The notes under the pieces were generated by a model. That model was not told the origin of the DNA. It did no database searches and was given only the letters and a program-made list of their open reading frames with translations. A stretch of DNA of 64,000 bases. Origin: an uncultured Bacilli bacterium. Its GTDB lineage: Bacteria > Bacillota_I > Bacilli_A > RFN20 > CAG-826. Below, one piece after another: positions 1-11,374 of the stretch; positions within the stretch are counted from its first letter, which is position 1, and each line of letters opens with the position of its first letter. The DNA lies in contig CALVXI010000005.1 of NCBI GenBank assembly GCA_944368975.1, positions 20,967 through 84,966 on the forward strand, written 5' to 3'. The position numbers and the translations under genes were made by a program.

Positions 1-179
1 ATCAAAGAATTGTTAAAGTTGATGCAGAAAAGAATTACATCTTAGTAAGTGGTGGAGTTCCAGGACCTAAAAAAGGAATCGTAATGATTAGAAGCGCAGT
101 TAAAGCTCAAAAAGGAAATGCTGAAGCTATTAAGCCATTAATTGATAGAACTCCAAAACAAGAAGCTGCTGCTGAATAA
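1..179 (+). CDS. rplC: 50S ribosomal protein uL3, C-terminal fragment (5' end outside window)
   Basis: Frame 3 reads [35 protein letters not shown]... ending TAA at 177-179. This is a typical uL3 C-terminus, and it sits directly before rplD as in S10 operons. Confidence 0.9.
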   Translation, partial: QRIVKVDAEKNYILVSGGVPGPKKGIVMIRSAVKAQKGNAEAIKPLIDRTPKQEAAAE

Positions 180-195
180 TTAAGGAGAAGACAAC

Positions 196-849
196 ATGGA
201 AAAGAAAACTATTAAATTAAATGTCTATAACCTTGCTGGAGAAAAAGTTTCTACAGTCAGCGCTAATAAAGAAGTATTTGGACACGAAATTCATAATCAA
301 GCAATGTTTGATGCAGTTAATGTCTACTTAGCAAATAGAAGACAAGCAACAGCTAAAACAAAGAAAAGAAGTGAAGTTTCTGGCGGTGGTAAGAAACCAT
401 GGAGACAAAAAGGAACCGGAAGAGCTAGAGCAGGAAGCACACGTTCCCCTATCTGGGTTGGCGGTGGAAATGTCTTTGGACCTAAAGGTAACCAAAACTT
501 CAAACTTAGTCAAAACAAAAAGCAACATAGTTTAGCCCTTAAGAGTGCTTACTCAAGCTTAGGAAAGGAAAACATTTATGTCTTAGAAAGCTTAGAAGTT
601 AAGGGACAAACAAAAGAAATTTCAAGTTTATTAAAAGCTCTTAAATTAGAAAATAAAAAAGTTATTCTTGTCAGCGATGACAGCTTAATCTTAAGAGCTA
701 GTGCTAATATCTCTAATGTTACAAATAGAGCTATTGGAAATATTAGTGTCTATGACTTATTAAATACAAATGCCTTAATCTTAACTTCTAAAGAAGAAGT
801 CACAAAGATTGAAGCCTCTGTATTAAAAGATACTAAGGAGGAAAAATAA
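196..849 (+). CDS. rplD: 50S ribosomal protein uL4
   Basis: 217-aa ORF with the KKPWRQKGTGRARAGS motif. AAGGAG RBS upstream. Operon position fits. Confidence 0.97.
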   Translation: MEKKTIKLNVYNLAGEKVSTVSANKEVFGHEIHNQAMFDAVNVYLANRRQATAKTKKRSEVSGGGKKPWRQKGTGRARAGSTRSPIWVGGGNVFGPKGNQNFKLSQNKKQHSLALKSAYSSLGKENIYVLESLEVKGQTKEISSLLKALKLENKKVILVSDDSLILRASANISNVTNRAIGNISVYDLLNTNALILTSKEEVTKIEASVLKDTKEEK

Positions 850-851
850 TA

Positions 852-1196
852 ATGGCTAGAACAAGTAAAAAACAAGAAGAAGTCGTAAATGTTACAAAAA
901 GAGGAACTGCTAATGACTTTGACATTATTATCGAACCTCTTATAACTGAAAAAACAATGAATCAAAGCCAAGAAAAAAATAAAGCTACATTCATTGTTAA
1001 AAAATGTGCCAATAAAATTGCTATTAAAAAAGCAATCGAACACATTTATAACGTTCATGTTATTGGTGTTCAAACAGTAAATACCCCTACTAAAGCGGTT
1101 ACTCGTGGAAGTAGATATAAAGGAACTATTGGTGGATTTAAAAAAGCTATTATTACGCTTAAAGATGGCGAAGCCATTACATTATTCAACGAATAG
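852..1196 (+). CDS. rplW: 50S ribosomal protein uL23
   Basis: Core IIEPLITEKT...ATFIV...KKAIE. There is a ~20-aa basic N-terminal extension. Operon order fits. Confidence 0.95.
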   Translation: MARTSKKQEEVVNVTKRGTANDFDIIIEPLITEKTMNQSQEKNKATFIVKKCANKIAIKKAIEHIYNVHVIGVQTVNTPTKAVTRGSRYKGTIGGFKKAIITLKDGEAITLFNE

Positions 1197-1223
1197 TTAA
1201 AACTTAGATATAGGAGAAAAAAT

Positions 1224-2057
1224 ATGCCAATTAAAACTTATAAACCATACACTCCTTCACGTAGAGCAATGACTACGATCTCAATGGAGGAAATCACAAA
1301 ATCTGCTCCTGAAAAAAGTTTACTTGTTACCCTAAAGAAAAGTGGTGGAAGAAACAATCAAGGCGTTATTACCACTCGTCATATCGGCGGAGGAAACAAA
1401 AGAAAATATCGTCTTATCGATTTTAAAAGAGATAAGGACGGAGTAGTTGGTAAAGTATTCGCTATCGAATACGATCCAAATAGAAATGCAAATATTGCCT
1501 TAATCCATTATGTTGATGGAGAAAAACGCTATATTATCCATCCAAAAGGATTAAAAGTAGGTGATAAAATCGTAAGTGGAGATGCTTGCGATATCGTTAC
1601 AGGTAACGCAATGTTACTTAACAACATTCCAGAAGGTACTTTCGTTCATAATGTTGAACTTACTCCTAAAAAAGGTGGTCAACTTTGTAGAAGTGCTGGA
1701 TGTAGCGCTCAAATCTTAGGTAAAGAAGGAAAATATGTTATTGTTAGACTTCAATCCGGAGAAATGAGAAAGATCCTTGGAACTTGTAAAGCTACAATCG
1801 GTGTCGTAGGAAATGAAGATTATAGCTTAGTTAACTTAGGTAAAGCTGGTAAAACAAGATGGTTAGGAACTAGACCAACTGTTAGAGGTAGCGCAATGAA
1901 CCCAACCGATCACCCTCACGGTGGTGGTGAAGGTAAATGTCCTGTCGGTCGTGATGCACCAAGAACCCCATGGGGTAAAAGAGCTCTCGGTGTTAAGACT
2001 CGTAAAAATAAGAAAGCTTCTACTAAATTAATTATTAGAAGAAGAAACGGTAAGTAA
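1224..2057 (+). CDS. rplB: 50S ribosomal protein uL2
   Basis: 277 aa with the hallmark [23 protein letters not shown]. Confidence 0.98.
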   Translation: MPIKTYKPYTPSRRAMTTISMEEITKSAPEKSLLVTLKKSGGRNNQGVITTRHIGGGNKRKYRLIDFKRDKDGVVGKVFAIEYDPNRNANIALIHYVDGEKRYIIHPKGLKVGDKIVSGDACDIVTGNAMLLNNIPEGTFVHNVELTPKKGGQLCRSAGCSAQILGKEGKYVIVRLQSGEMRKILGTCKATIGVVGNEDYSLVNLGKAGKTRWLGTRPTVRGSAMNPTDHPHGGGEGKCPVGRDAPRTPWGKRALGVKTRKNKKASTKLIIRRRNGK

Positions 2058-2071
2058 TAAAGGAGTTAATT

Positions 2072-2380
2072 ATGGCAAGAAGTTTAAAAAAGGGACCATT
2101 CGTTGATGAACATTTAATGAAAAAAGTTGAAACTTTAAATGCTGCTAACAAAAAAGAAGTCATCAAAACATGGTCTAGAAGAAGTACAATATTCCCACAA
2201 TTTGTCGAACATACTTTCGCTGTTTATAATGGTCACGCCTTTATTACAGTCTATGTTACAGAAGATATGGTTGGTCATAAGCTTGGTGAATTTGCTCCAA
2301 CTAGAACATATAAAGGTCACTTCGGTAATAATGCTGAAGATAAAGCCGCTGCTAAAGCCGCAGCCGGTATTAAGAAATAG
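2072..2380 (+). CDS. rpsS: 30S ribosomal protein uS19
   Basis: [12 protein letters not shown]...TWSRRSTI...[11 protein letters not shown]. Short Ala/Lys-rich C-terminal tail. Confidence 0.97.
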   Translation: MARSLKKGPFVDEHLMKKVETLNAANKKEVIKTWSRRSTIFPQFVEHTFAVYNGHAFITVYVTEDMVGHKLGEFAPTRTYKGHFGNNAEDKAAAKAAAGIKK

Positions 2381-2396
2381 TCACGGAGGTTAGTTT

Positions 2397-2999
2397 ATGG
2401 CAGAAGAAAAGAAAGTAACAAAAAGAGCTACTAAAAAAGCTACACCAGAAACTGAAGTAACTGAAGAAACAAAGAAAGTAACTCGTAAAAGAACTACTAA
2501 GAAAGCTGAAGCTAAAGAAACTACTGAAAAAACTGAAGTTAAAGAAGTAAAAGCAACAAAAAAGAAAACTTCTAAAGCTAAAGAAGAAAAAGTAGTCGAA
2601 GAAAAACCAGCTAAAAAAGAAGCTAAAGCTAAAAAGAAAGTCGAAGTTCAAAAACCACTTCGTACTGAAGCTAAAGCAAGTGCCTTAAATGTTAAGGTTA
2701 CCCCACGTAAAGCTCGCTTAGTTATCGACTTAGTTAGAAATAAAGATGTTGACGAAGCCCTTCAAATCTTATCAACAGTTCATAAAAGAGCTGCCACTAT
2801 GGTTAGTAAGGTCATCGCTAGTGCTTATGCAAATGCAACAAATAACTTCAATATGAATGGCGAAAAATTATATGTTGCATCAATTATGGCAAGTGACTCA
2901 ATTAAAATGAAACGTTACTTACCAAGAGCTAAAGGAAGTGCTAGTGGCTTAGTTAAAAGATTTAGTAACATCTATGTTACATTAAAAGAAAGAGATTAA
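2397..2999 (+). CDS. rplV: 50S ribosomal protein uL22 with long K/E/T-rich N-terminal extension
   Basis: The last ~110 aa (VTPRKARLVIDLVRNKDVDEA...RAKGSA) are uL22. The first ~90 aa are lysine/glutamate/threonine low complexity. Confidence 0.95.
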   Translation: MAEEKKVTKRATKKATPETEVTEETKKVTRKRTTKKAEAKETTEKTEVKEVKATKKKTSKAKEEKVVEEKPAKKEAKAKKKVEVQKPLRTEAKASALNVKVTPRKARLVIDLVRNKDVDEALQILSTVHKRAATMVSKVIASAYANATNNFNMNGEKLYVASIMASDSIKMKRYLPRAKGSASGLVKRFSNIYVTLKERD

Positions 3000-3010
3000 G
3001 AGGTGAGAAC

Positions 3011-3685
3011 ATGGGACAAAAAGTTAATCCAGTAGGAATGAGAATTGGTCTTAATAAAAATTGGAATAGCAGATGGTTTGCTAGTGATAAAGACTATTCA
3101 ACTTACTTAATTGAAGATAACAAAATTAGAAATTACATTGAAAAACACCTCGATAAAAATGCTTTCTTATCACATATTGAAATCGAAAGAAAGAAGATTG
3201 AAAAAGGTCAACTCGTAAGAATCATGATCTTCGTTGCTAGACCTGGCGTTGTCTTAGGTGATAAAGGTGCTAATGTTAAAGCTCTTAGAACTGAAATTAG
3301 CAAATTAATCAAAAATGAAAATGTTAGAATTGATGTTGTTGAAGTAAAACAACCATCATTAGATGCAAAGATTGTTTCCTTACAAATTTGTAAACAACTC
3401 GAAGAAAGAGCAAGTTTCCGTATCGTTCAAAAGAAAGCTTTAGCTCAAGTTAGAAAAGCTGGTGCTAAAGGATGCAAAACTGCCGTTAGTGGACGTTTAG
3501 CTGGTGCTGATATCGCTAGAACTGAAGGATACAAAGATGGAACTATGGCAATCAATACTCTTAAGAGTGATATTGACTTCGCAATTAGTGAAGCTATGAC
3601 AACTTATGGTAAACTCGGTGTTAAAGTTTGGATTTGTAGAGGTGAAGCTGAGATCGATCCTAAAGTTGAAAAGAAAGGAGAATAA
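3011..3685 (+). CDS. rpsC: 30S ribosomal protein uS3
   Basis: [13 protein letters not shown]... KH-domain pattern. 224 aa. Operon order fits. Confidence 0.98.
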   Translation: MGQKVNPVGMRIGLNKNWNSRWFASDKDYSTYLIEDNKIRNYIEKHLDKNAFLSHIEIERKKIEKGQLVRIMIFVARPGVVLGDKGANVKALRTEISKLIKNENVRIDVVEVKQPSLDAKIVSLQICKQLEERASFRIVQKKALAQVRKAGAKGCKTAVSGRLAGADIARTEGYKDGTMAINTLKSDIDFAISEAMTTYGKLGVKVWICRGEAEIDPKVEKKGE

Positions 3686-3687
3686 AT

Positions 3688-4101
3688 ATGTTACAACCTA
3701 AAAGAGTTAAGTACAGAAGACCACATATTATTAAATATGAAGGCTTATCAAAAGCTGGTAACACTGTAGATTTTGGTACATATGGACTCCAAGCCGTCAC
3801 AGGTAATTATATTACCGATAGACAAATTGAAGCTTGCCGTATCGTTCTTAGCAGATACACCAAAAGACAAGGCCAAATTTGGATTAGAATCTTCCCACAC
3901 TTAGCAAAAACTAAAAAACCTGCTGAAGTCCGTATGGGTAGTGGTAAAGGTAATCCAGAATATTGGGTCGCAGTTGTTAAGAAAAATAGAATCTTATTCG
4001 AAATCGGTGGGGTTCCTGATGAAATGGCTTATGAAGCTCTTAGAATGGCAGCTTACAAGCTTCCAATTAAAACTAGAATTGTTAAGAAGGAGGAAAAATA
4101 A
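3688..4101 (+). CDS. rplP: 50S ribosomal protein uL16
   Basis: [11 protein letters not shown]...[17 protein letters not shown]. Confidence 0.98.
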   Translation: MLQPKRVKYRRPHIIKYEGLSKAGNTVDFGTYGLQAVTGNYITDRQIEACRIVLSRYTKRQGQIWIRIFPHLAKTKKPAEVRMGSGKGNPEYWVAVVKKNRILFEIGGVPDEMAYEALRMAAYKLPIKTRIVKKEEK

Positions 4102-4103
4102 CT

Positions 4104-4301
4104 ATGAAAATTACTGAAGTTAGAGAACTTTCAACTGAAGAATTAAATTCAAAAATTTACTCCTTAAAAGAACAATTATTCAATTTAAGAAGAATGAAAG
4201 CAACCGGACAACTTGAAAATACAAGTGAAATCAAAAATGTCCGTAAAGACATTGCTCGTGTTTATACAGTTCTAAAAGAAAGAGAACTTGGAATTAAATA
4301 A
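4104..4301 (+). CDS. rpmC: 50S ribosomal protein uL29
   Basis: 65 aa with LRELSTEEL...LFNLR pattern. Operon order fits. Confidence 0.96.
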   Translation: MKITEVRELSTEELNSKIYSLKEQLFNLRRMKATGQLENTSEIKNVRKDIARVYTVLKERELGIK

Positions 4302-4312
4302 GGAGAAAAGTT

Positions 4313-4633
4313 ATGGAAGGTAGAAGACAAATTCAAGGAACAGTTATTGCTAGTAACACAGCTAAAACCATTATTGTCCAAGTTGAATCTTATAGAAAAC
4401 ATCCAAAATATAAAAAGAGAGTTCAATTTAGAAGTAAATATTATGCTCATGATGAAAACGAAATTGCCAAAGTCGGTGATATCGTTACAATCGAAGAATG
4501 CCGTCCAATGAGCAAAACAAAGAGATTTAGACTTATAAGTGTTGATCAAAAAGCTCTCGAATCAATTAAACTCATGGAAGAAAAAGCTCTTGAAGAAGTT
4601 CTCCATGAAGATAAAGAAGAGGAGGCTAAATAA
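4313..4633 (+). CDS. rpsQ: 30S ribosomal protein uS17
   Basis: [22 protein letters not shown]...[27 protein letters not shown]. Acidic ~25-aa C-terminal tail. Confidence 0.96.
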   Translation: MEGRRQIQGTVIASNTAKTIIVQVESYRKHPKYKKRVQFRSKYYAHDENEIAKVGDIVTIEECRPMSKTKRFRLISVDQKALESIKLMEEKALEEVLHEDKEEEAK

Positions 4634-4635
4634 TT

Positions 4636-5010
4636 ATGATACAAACAGAAACAAATTTAAAAGTAGCCGACAACTCTGGTGCTCGTAGCGTAAGAGTATT
4701 CAGAATTTATGGTGGTAGCCATAGAAAAAGTTGTTCTGTCGGAGATATCGTTCTTTGTGCCGTTAAAGATGCTACTCCAAATGGTAAAGTTAAAAAGAGT
4801 GATGTCGTTAAAGCAGTTATCGTAAGAACTAGCTATCCAATCCAAAGAAAAGATGGTTCAACAATTAGATTCGATGATAATGCTTGTGTCATTATTAACG
4901 AAGATAAATCACCAGTTGGAACTCGTGTCTTTGGACCAGTTGCTCGTGAACTTAGAGAAAAAGGTGATACATTTATGAAAATTGTATCCCTTGCTACTGA
5001 AGTCTTATAA
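4636..5010 (+). CDS. rplN: 50S ribosomal protein uL14
   Basis: [17 protein letters not shown]... 124 aa. Confidence 0.98.
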   Translation: MIQTETNLKVADNSGARSVRVFRIYGGSHRKSCSVGDIVLCAVKDATPNGKVKKSDVVKAVIVRTSYPIQRKDGSTIRFDDNACVIINEDKSPVGTRVFGPVARELREKGDTFMKIVSLATEVL

Positions 5011-5028
5011 TAGGGAGGATAGACGGAT

Positions 5029-5340
5029 ATGAAACTTAAAAAAGGTGATAAAGTCATTGTCATCGCTGGCAAAGACAAAGGTAAAGTTGGTGTCATCCAA
5101 AGAGCCTACCCAAAATTAAATAAAGTTGTTGTTGAAGGCGTTAATGTTCACAAGAAACATCAAAAACCAACACAACAAAATCCAAATGGTTCAATTCTTG
5201 AAATGTATAGTCCTATTGATGCTAGTAATGTTATGTATTACGATTCAAAAAGTAAAAAAGCAACAAGAATTGGATATAAAATTGATGAAAATGGAAACAA
5301 GGTACGTTATATGAAAGCTAACGATACCATCATTAAATAA
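5029..5340 (+). CDS. rplX: 50S ribosomal protein uL24
   Basis: KOW motif [16 protein letters not shown]. 103 aa. Confidence 0.97.
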   Translation: MKLKKGDKVIVIAGKDKGKVGVIQRAYPKLNKVVVEGVNVHKKHQKPTQQNPNGSILEMYSPIDASNVMYYDSKSKKATRIGYKIDENGNKVRYMKANDTIIK

Positions 5341-5351
5341 AGGAGAACCTT

Positions 5352-5987
5352 ATGGCAGAAGAAAAGAAAGTTAGCACAAAAGCTCCTAAAGCAAAGAAAG
5401 AAACAACTAAAAAAGTTGCTGAATCTGGACATAAAGTAAGAGCTCGCTCAACAAGATTATTAGATAAATATCATAAGGAAATTGTTCCTGAATTAATGAA
5501 GAAATTCGAATATAAATCAATTATGCAAGTACCACACCTTGAAAAGATTGTTCTTAATATTGGTGTTGGTGATGCAACAAGTGATAGTAAAAGACTCGAT
5601 GAAGCAGTTAGTGAATTAGCTCTTATTACTGGTCAAAAACCTGTTATTACAAAAGCTAAAAAATCAATTGCTACCTTCAAATTAAGAGAAGGTCAATCAA
5701 TTGGTTGTAAAGTTACACTTAGAGGAATTAGAATGTACGAATTCTTCGATAAATTAGTTTCAATTGCTTTACCTAGAGTTAGAGATTTCCGTGGTGTAAG
5801 TAAAAATAGTTTTGATGGAAGAGGTAATTATACTCTTGGTGTCAAAGAACAATTAATTTTCCCAGAAATCGATTATGATAAGGTTGGTCGTGTTAGAGGA
5901 CTTGATGTTGTAATTGTTACAACCGCTAACACAGACGAAGAATCCTATGCTCTATTAAAAGAGCTTGGAATGCCTTTTAGTAAATAA
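5352..5987 (+). CDS. rplE: 50S ribosomal protein uL5 with lysine-rich N-terminal extension
   Basis: uL5 core ([18 protein letters not shown]...VTLRG..MYEF) preceded by ~30 aa of K/E/T-rich sequence. Confidence 0.96.
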   Translation: MAEEKKVSTKAPKAKKETTKKVAESGHKVRARSTRLLDKYHKEIVPELMKKFEYKSIMQVPHLEKIVLNIGVGDATSDSKRLDEAVSELALITGQKPVITKAKKSIATFKLREGQSIGCKVTLRGIRMYEFFDKLVSIALPRVRDFRGVSKNSFDGRGNYTLGVKEQLIFPEIDYDKVGRVRGLDVVIVTTANTDEESYALLKELGMPFSK

Positions 5988-6001
5988 GGGAGGACGAAAG
6001 A

Positions 6002-6187
6002 ATGGCTAGAACAAGTTTAAAAGTCAAGCAAGCAAGACCTCAAAAATTCAAGGTTAGAGAATATACCCGTTGTAAAAGATGTGGACGTCCTCATGCTGTT
6101 TATTCAAAATTTGGACTTTGTAGAATTTGTCTTCGTGAACTTGCTTATAAAGGCGAGATTCCAGGACTTAAGAAATCTTCATGGTAA
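6002..6187 (+). CDS. rpsN: 30S ribosomal protein uS14, zinc-ribbon (type Z) form
   Basis: 61 aa with CKRCGR...CRIC cysteine pairs. Lies between rplE and rpsH. Confidence 0.97.
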   Translation: MARTSLKVKQARPQKFKVREYTRCKRCGRPHAVYSKFGLCRICLRELAYKGEIPGLKKSSW

Positions 6188-6203
6188 TTAGGAGGTAATA
6201 ACG

Positions 6204-6602
6204 ATGCATCAAGATCCAATTGCAGATATGTTAACAAGAATTAGAAACGCTAATGCTTTATATCACGAAAGCGTTTCAATGCCTTCTAGTAATTTGAAGG
6301 TAGCTATTTGTAAAATTCTTCTTGAAGAAGGATTTATAAGCGATTATAAAGTCGAAAAAGTTGATGAACACAAGAAAACATTAACTATCACCTTAAAATA
6401 TGGTGAAAATAAAGAAAGAGTTATTACTGGCTTAAGAAGAATTTCAAAACCAGGACTTAGAGTTAACTGTGATTCAAAACATATTCCTAGTGTTCTTAGA
6501 GGACTAGGAATTGCAATTATCTCAACAAGTAAAGGCTTACTTACCGATAAAGGTTGTAGAAAACAAAATGTCGGTGGTGAAGTTATTTGCTACATTTGGT
6601 AA
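6204..6602 (+). CDS. rpsH: 30S ribosomal protein uS8
   Basis: [13 protein letters not shown] motif. 132 aa. Confidence 0.98.
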   Translation: MHQDPIADMLTRIRNANALYHESVSMPSSNLKVAICKILLEEGFISDYKVEKVDEHKKTLTITLKYGENKERVITGLRRISKPGLRVNCDSKHIPSVLRGLGIAIISTSKGLLTDKGCRKQNVGGEVICYIW

Positions 6603-6616
6603 TAGGAGGTTAATGT

Positions 6617-7162
6617 ATGTCACGTATTGGTAAAAAACTTATTCCTATTATCGATGGTGTAACTGTCGAAATTAAAGAAAACTATGTTGATGTTAAAGGT
6701 AAAAATGGAGAAGACAAAATCTATTTCGATCCTTCACTCATTACAGTTGAAATTGAAGACAAAGTTATTAAAGTTTCAAGACTTAATGAAGAAAAACATA
6801 CAAAACAACTTCATGGTACAACAAGAGCCTTAATCAATAATGCAATTATTGGTTGCCACGATGGATTTACTAAAGAACTAGAAATCGTTGGTATTGGTTA
6901 TCGTGCTGAAATGAGAGGAACTAACTTAGTATTACATGTTGGTTATTCTCACGAAAATGTCATTACTCCTCTTGAAGGCGTAACAATTAAATGTGCTGAT
7001 GCAAACCATGTAAGTGTTACAGGTAGTGATAAATTCAAAGTTGGTCAAACTGCTGCTTTAATTCGTAATACCCGTAAACCAGAACCATATGGTGGAAAAG
7101 GTATTAAGTATAAAGGTGAACACATCTTACGTAAAGAAGGTAAGAGAGCTGGTAAGAAGTAA
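6617..7162 (+). CDS. rplF: 50S ribosomal protein uL6
   Basis: [11 protein letters not shown]... 181 aa. Operon order fits. Confidence 0.97.
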   Translation: MSRIGKKLIPIIDGVTVEIKENYVDVKGKNGEDKIYFDPSLITVEIEDKVIKVSRLNEEKHTKQLHGTTRALINNAIIGCHDGFTKELEIVGIGYRAEMRGTNLVLHVGYSHENVITPLEGVTIKCADANHVSVTGSDKFKVGQTAALIRNTRKPEPYGGKGIKYKGEHILRKEGKRAGKK

Positions 7163-7173
7163 GGAGATTGTCT

Positions 7174-7530
7174 ATGATTAATAAAGCAGATAAAAATACT
7201 ATTAGAAGAAGAAAACACTTAAGAGTTCGTGCTAAAATTAGCGGAACAAGCCTTACTCCAAGACTTTGCGTTTATCGTAGTAATAAGAATATTGAAGTTC
7301 AAGTTATTGATGATACAAAAGGAATTACCCTTTGCTCAAGTAGTAGTGAACAACTTCATTTAGAACATGGCAATAACTGTGAAGCTGCTAGACAAGTTGG
7401 CTTAGATATTGCTAAAAAATGTTTAGAAAAGAATATTGATTCAGTTGTCTTTGATAGAGCTGGATATTTATATCATGGTAGAGTCAAAGCTGTAGCAGAA
7501 GCTGCTAGAGAAGGTGGACTTAAATTCTAA
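7174..7530 (+). CDS. rplR: 50S ribosomal protein uL18
   Basis: [25 protein letters not shown] pattern. The ORF track starts at TTG 7168, but ATG 7174 is better spaced from AAGGAG at 7161-7166. Confidence 0.95.
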   Translation: MINKADKNTIRRRKHLRVRAKISGTSLTPRLCVYRSNKNIEVQVIDDTKGITLCSSSSEQLHLEHGNNCEAARQVGLDIAKKCLEKNIDSVVFDRAGYLYHGRVKAVAEAAREGGLKF

Positions 7531-7541
7531 GGAGATAAAAT

Positions 7542-8168
7542 ATGGCTGAAAATGAAAATAAAGTAATTGAAACAACTGAAGAAACTACTCAACAAGAAAC
7601 TACTACTGAACAAAAAGAAAAAGGTGGAAAGAAATTTCCACCACGTAATAAAAAGAGCTTTGCTAGAAAAGATAAAAAACCAGAAGTTAAAGAATACGAC
7701 GAAAGAGTCGTTGCAATTAACCGTGTTACCAAAGTTGTTAGTGGTGGTAAAAGAATGAAATTTAGTGCCTTAGTCGTTATTGGTAATGGCAAAGGAAAAT
7801 ATGGCTTTGCAAGTGGAAAATCAGGCGAAGTCCCAGATGCAATTAAAAAGGCAGTCGAAAAAGCTAAAAGAAACACAAGCACCGTTAGACTTGTAAATGC
7901 TAATTCTATTTCTCACGAAATTATTGGAAAATTTGGTGCAACAAGAGTCTTCTTAAAACCAGCTCCAGAAGGTACTGGAATTATCGCTGGTGGTGCTGTT
8001 AGAGCTATTCTTGAACTCACTGGAATTCAAAATGTTTATAGTAAAGTTTATGGTAGCAGAACTCCAATTAATGTTATTAGAGCAACTAATAATGCATTAA
8101 AGAGCTTAAAAAATTACAATAACGTTAAAGCTTTAAGAAGTAAGGAGGAAGTTAAAGATGTTAAATAA
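7542..8168 (+). CDS. rpsE: 30S ribosomal protein uS5 with N-terminal extension
   Basis: Core [31 protein letters not shown] preceded by ~45 aa of T/E/K-rich sequence. Confidence 0.97.
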   Translation: MAENENKVIETTEETTQQETTTEQKEKGGKKFPPRNKKSFARKDKKPEVKEYDERVVAINRVTKVVSGGKRMKFSALVVIGNGKGKYGFASGKSGEVPDAIKKAVEKAKRNTSTVRLVNANSISHEIIGKFGATRVFLKPAPEGTGIIAGGAVRAILELTGIQNVYSKVYGSRTPINVIRATNNALKSLKNYNNVKALRSKEEVKDVK

Positions 8169-8598
8169 TCTTAAACCAACCGAAGGAAGTAGAAAAGCTA
8201 AAACAAGACGTTGTAGAGGTCTTGGAAGTGGCTTAGGTAAAAATGGTGGATCAGGTTCAAAAGGACAAAACTCCCGTACAGGTGGTGGAGTTAGACTTGG
8301 ATTTGAAGGTGGTCAACTTCCTTTATTCAGAAGACTTCCAAAAAGAGGATTCAAGAACTTTGGACGTGTCGAATATGCTACAATCAATATTTCTGATTTA
8401 AATCGTTATAACGATGGAGAAGAAATTGATGTCACTAGACTTATTAGCGATCGTGTAATTAGAAAAGAATTTAATGGTCTTAAAGTCTTAGGAAATGGTG
8501 AATTAACTAAGAAAGTTACTATTAAAGCTAGTAAATTTAGTGCAAGTGCCTTAGAAAAAATTGAAAAAGCAGGTGCAAAAGCAATCGTTTTAGAATAA
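8158..8598 (+). CDS. rplO: 50S ribosomal protein uL15
   Basis: [24 protein letters not shown]. Overlaps rpsE by 11 nt, so there is no room for rpmD. Confidence 0.97.
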   Translation: MLNNLKPTEGSRKAKTRRCRGLGSGLGKNGGSGSKGQNSRTGGGVRLGFEGGQLPLFRRLPKRGFKNFGRVEYATINISDLNRYNDGEEIDVTRLISDRVIRKEFNGLKVLGNGELTKKVTIKASKFSASALEKIEKAGAKAIVLE

Positions 8599-8619
8599 AA
8601 TACTCTATTGTAGTAATTT

Positions 8620-9954
8620 ATGAAAAAACTTATCCAAATTTTCAAAAACAAAGAAGTCGTTAATCGTATATTCTTTACGATAATGATTTTATTTGTCTTT
8701 AGAATCGGAGCAGCAATTACTGCTCCTGGAATCACCGTTAATAGTGATGTATTAGATCAAAGCAATAATATGTTTGCTCTTATGAATCTTCTTGGCGGTG
8801 GTGCTTTGCAAAATTTCTCAATTTTTGCTTTAGGTGTTTCACCTTATATTACAGCTCAAATTATTATTCAATTATTAAGTATGGATGTACTTCCTGCTTT
8901 AAGTGAATTAAATAAACAAGGGCAATATGGGCGAAAAAAGATTGAGATGGCAACAAGATATTTAACTTTAATGCTTGCTGCTGTTCAAGCTTATGGTATT
9001 ATCCAAACTGCACAAAATACCAGTTGGATAACCTTCAACTTTGAACAAAATTTCCTTAACTATGCTTATGTTGTTACGATTATGGTTGCTGGTGCAATGC
9101 TTGTTATGTGGCTTGGTGACCAAATTACATCAAAAGGTATAGGTAATGGTATTTCTGTTATAATTTTTGCTGGTATCGTTGCTAGTTTACCAAATCAAAT
9201 TTATACAGCTTTCACTGAATGGGTCTTAACAAATTGGAACTTAGGAAGTTCTGAAGCTATGCGAGGTGTCTTCCAATTTATCCTCTATGTTGCTTGTTTA
9301 GTTGCTATTGTTGCATTTGTCGTTTACATTGAACTTGCTAGACGTAAAATTCCTGTTCAACACGCAACTCGTAGCGGTGGAAGTGAAAAATTATCAAAAG
9401 CTAGTTTCTTACCTATAAAGATTAATAGTGCTGGTGTTATTCCTGTTATCTTCGCTAGTTCAATTATGATGGCACCTAGTGTTATTGCTAGTTTTATTAG
9501 TCAAGATGCAATGAATGCTAGTTGGTTACAAGTTTTCCAATATAATCAACTCGTTAATACTGGCGGTGTAATGATCCCTTGGGGATTAATAATTTATTTA
9601 ATTCTCATCCTATTATTTACATATTTCTATGCTAATTTACAAATTAATCCTGATAGATTAGCTGAAAATTTCCAAAAGAACGGAAGTTATATTCCTGGAA
9701 TTAGACCTGGTGTAGAAACTGCAAACTATGTGAAAAAAGTTTTAAATAGAGTAACTTTTATTGGAGCAATGAGTTTAATGTTTATTGCTGCTCTTCCAGT
9801 TGTCTTAACACTCACAGTCTTTAATGAAGATCCTACCTTAGCAATTGGTGGAACTGGACTTATTATCGTTGTTGGTGTTGCTCTTGAAATTAATAACCAA
9901 ATTAATGGTTTAATTGCTGGAAAAAGTTACGATGAAGTTATCGGAGGAATGTAA
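8620..9954 (+). CDS. secY: Preprotein translocase subunit SecY
   Basis: 444-aa polytopic membrane protein with FALGVSPYITAQIIIQLL and GDQITSKGIGNGISVIIFAGI motifs. spc operon position fits. Confidence 0.98.
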   Translation: MKKLIQIFKNKEVVNRIFFTIMILFVFRIGAAITAPGITVNSDVLDQSNNMFALMNLLGGGALQNFSIFALGVSPYITAQIIIQLLSMDVLPALSELNKQGQYGRKKIEMATRYLTLMLAAVQAYGIIQTAQNTSWITFNFEQNFLNYAYVVTIMVAGAMLVMWLGDQITSKGIGNGISVIIFAGIVASLPNQIYTAFTEWVLTNWNLGSSEAMRGVFQFILYVACLVAIVAFVVYIELARRKIPVQHATRSGGSEKLSKASFLPIKINSAGVIPVIFASSIMMAPSVIASFISQDAMNASWLQVFQYNQLVNTGGVMIPWGLIIYLILILLFTYFYANLQINPDRLAENFQKNGSYIPGIRPGVETANYVKKVLNRVTFIGAMSLMFIAALPVVLTLTVFNEDPTLAIGGTGLIIVVGVALEINNQINGLIAGKSYDEVIGGM

Positions 9955-9956
9955 TA

Positions 9957-10604
9957 GTGAAATCAATTATATTACTTGGCGCTCCTGGTGCTGGTAAAGG
10001 TACTAATGCGAAAAGAATCTGTCAAGCTTACAATATACCACATATTTCTACAGGAGATATGTTTAGAGAAGCTATCAAAAATAAAACTCCATTAGGAGAA
10101 CTTGCTAATAGTTATATTTCAAAAGGAGCACTTGTTCCTGATGAAGTTACTATCGGACTTGTTAAAGAAAGATTAGCTAAAGAAGATTGTAATGATGGAT
10201 ATTTACTTGATGGTTTTCCAAGAACTATTGTTCAAGCTGAAGCTCTTGAAGAAATTGGAAAAGAATTAGGTAAAGAAGTAAATTATGTTATAAACTTCGT
10301 TGTTCCTGAAAGCGTTCTTGTTGAACGTATTACTGGAAGAAGAGTTTGTACAAAATGTGGCGCTCCATATCATATAAAAAATATGCCACCAAAAGTCGAA
10401 GGTGTTTGTGATTTATGTGGTGGAGAATTAATTCAAAGAAAAGATGATAATGAAGAAACTTTAAAAAATCGTTTAAGTGAATATCATCAAAATACAATGC
10501 CACTTGTTAAATTCTATTCTAAAGTTAATAAACTCCATGAAGTTGATGGAACTAAACCTTTAGATGAATTAATGAATGATATTAATGCAATTTTAGATAA
10601 ATAA
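9957..10604 (+). CDS. adk: Adenylate kinase (zinc-lid type)
   Basis: GTG start. P-loop LLGAPGAGKGT. Lid cysteines CTKCG...CDLCG. Confidence 0.97.
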   Translation: MKSIILLGAPGAGKGTNAKRICQAYNIPHISTGDMFREAIKNKTPLGELANSYISKGALVPDEVTIGLVKERLAKEDCNDGYLLDGFPRTIVQAEALEEIGKELGKEVNYVINFVVPESVLVERITGRRVCTKCGAPYHIKNMPPKVEGVCDLCGGELIQRKDDNEETLKNRLSEYHQNTMPLVKFYSKVNKLHEVDGTKPLDELMNDINAILDK

Positions 10605-11374
10605 TGGCTATTATTATTAAATCTGATAGAGAAATTGCTTTAATAAAAGAAGCTGGAAAGATTATTATTGAACTATTTGACATCTTGAAGGATAATACTC
10701 TTCCTGGCAAATCGACCTACGAACTAGACATCCTTGCTAATAATTTTATTAAAAGCAAGGGTGCGATAGCTTCATGTTATAACTATGAAGGGTTCCCTGG
10801 TCATATTTGCATCTCAGTTAACGATACCTTAATTCATGGTATCCCTTCTAAAAAGATTATTTTAAAAGAAGGTGATATTGTTAGTTATGATGTATTAGTA
10901 ACTAAAAATGGTTATACTGCAGATGCTGCTCGTACATTTCCTGTCGGCAATATAAGTGAAGAAGCTCAAAAATTAATTGAAGTTACGGAAGAAAGCTTCT
11001 TTATGGGAGTAAAAGAGGTTCGTCCTGGAGCTCACATTGGAGATATCTCTAATGCTATCGAAACGTATGTCAAGTCGCATGGATATTCAATTAATGAAAT
11101 GTTTGCTGGTCATGGGGTTGGCCGCGAAGTTCATGAAGATCCTTATGTCGAAAATACTGGACATGCTCACACTGGACCATTAATTAAAAAGGGAATGACC
11201 TTAGCTATTGAACCTATGGTTAATATGGGTAAAAAAGATGTTAAGATCCTTGATGACGGTTGGACTTGCAAGACAGTTGATGGGAAATTATGTAGCCACT
11301 ACGAAAATACGGTCGTAGTAACCTCTGATGGCTACGAAATCATTACTTTAAAAGAAGGAGATAGTAGACATTAA
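10604..11374 (+). CDS. map: Methionine aminopeptidase type I
   Basis: 256 aa with the pattern of metal ligands (D..D..H..E..E) in [23 protein letters not shown] and LAIEPM. Start overlaps the adk stop by 1 nt. Confidence 0.96.
   Translation: MAIIIKSDREIALIKEAGKIIIELFDILKDNTLPGKSTYELDILANNFIKSKGAIASCYNYEGFPGHICISVNDTLIHGIPSKKIILKEGDIVSYDVLVTKNGYTADAARTFPVGNISEEAQKLIEVTEESFFMGVKEVRPGAHIGDISNAIETYVKSHGYSINEMFAGHGVGREVHEDPYVENTGHAHTGPLIKKGMTLAIEPMVNMGKKDVKILDDGWTCKTVDGKLCSHYENTVVVTSDGYEIITLKEGDSRH

Noticed and set aside
328-8735. Antisense and out-of-frame ORFs across the ribosomal block in the six-frame track (e.g. 328-528, 750-1073, 2135-2320, 2139-2393, 2370-2651, 4262-4549, 4657-4845, 4833-5096, 5126-5314, 7567-7758, 7589-7882, 8406-8735).
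   Set aside because: All lie inside strongly supported ribosomal protein or secY genes. They have low-complexity translations (F/S-rich mirrors of K/E-rich coding) and no RBS. They are shadow ORFs.
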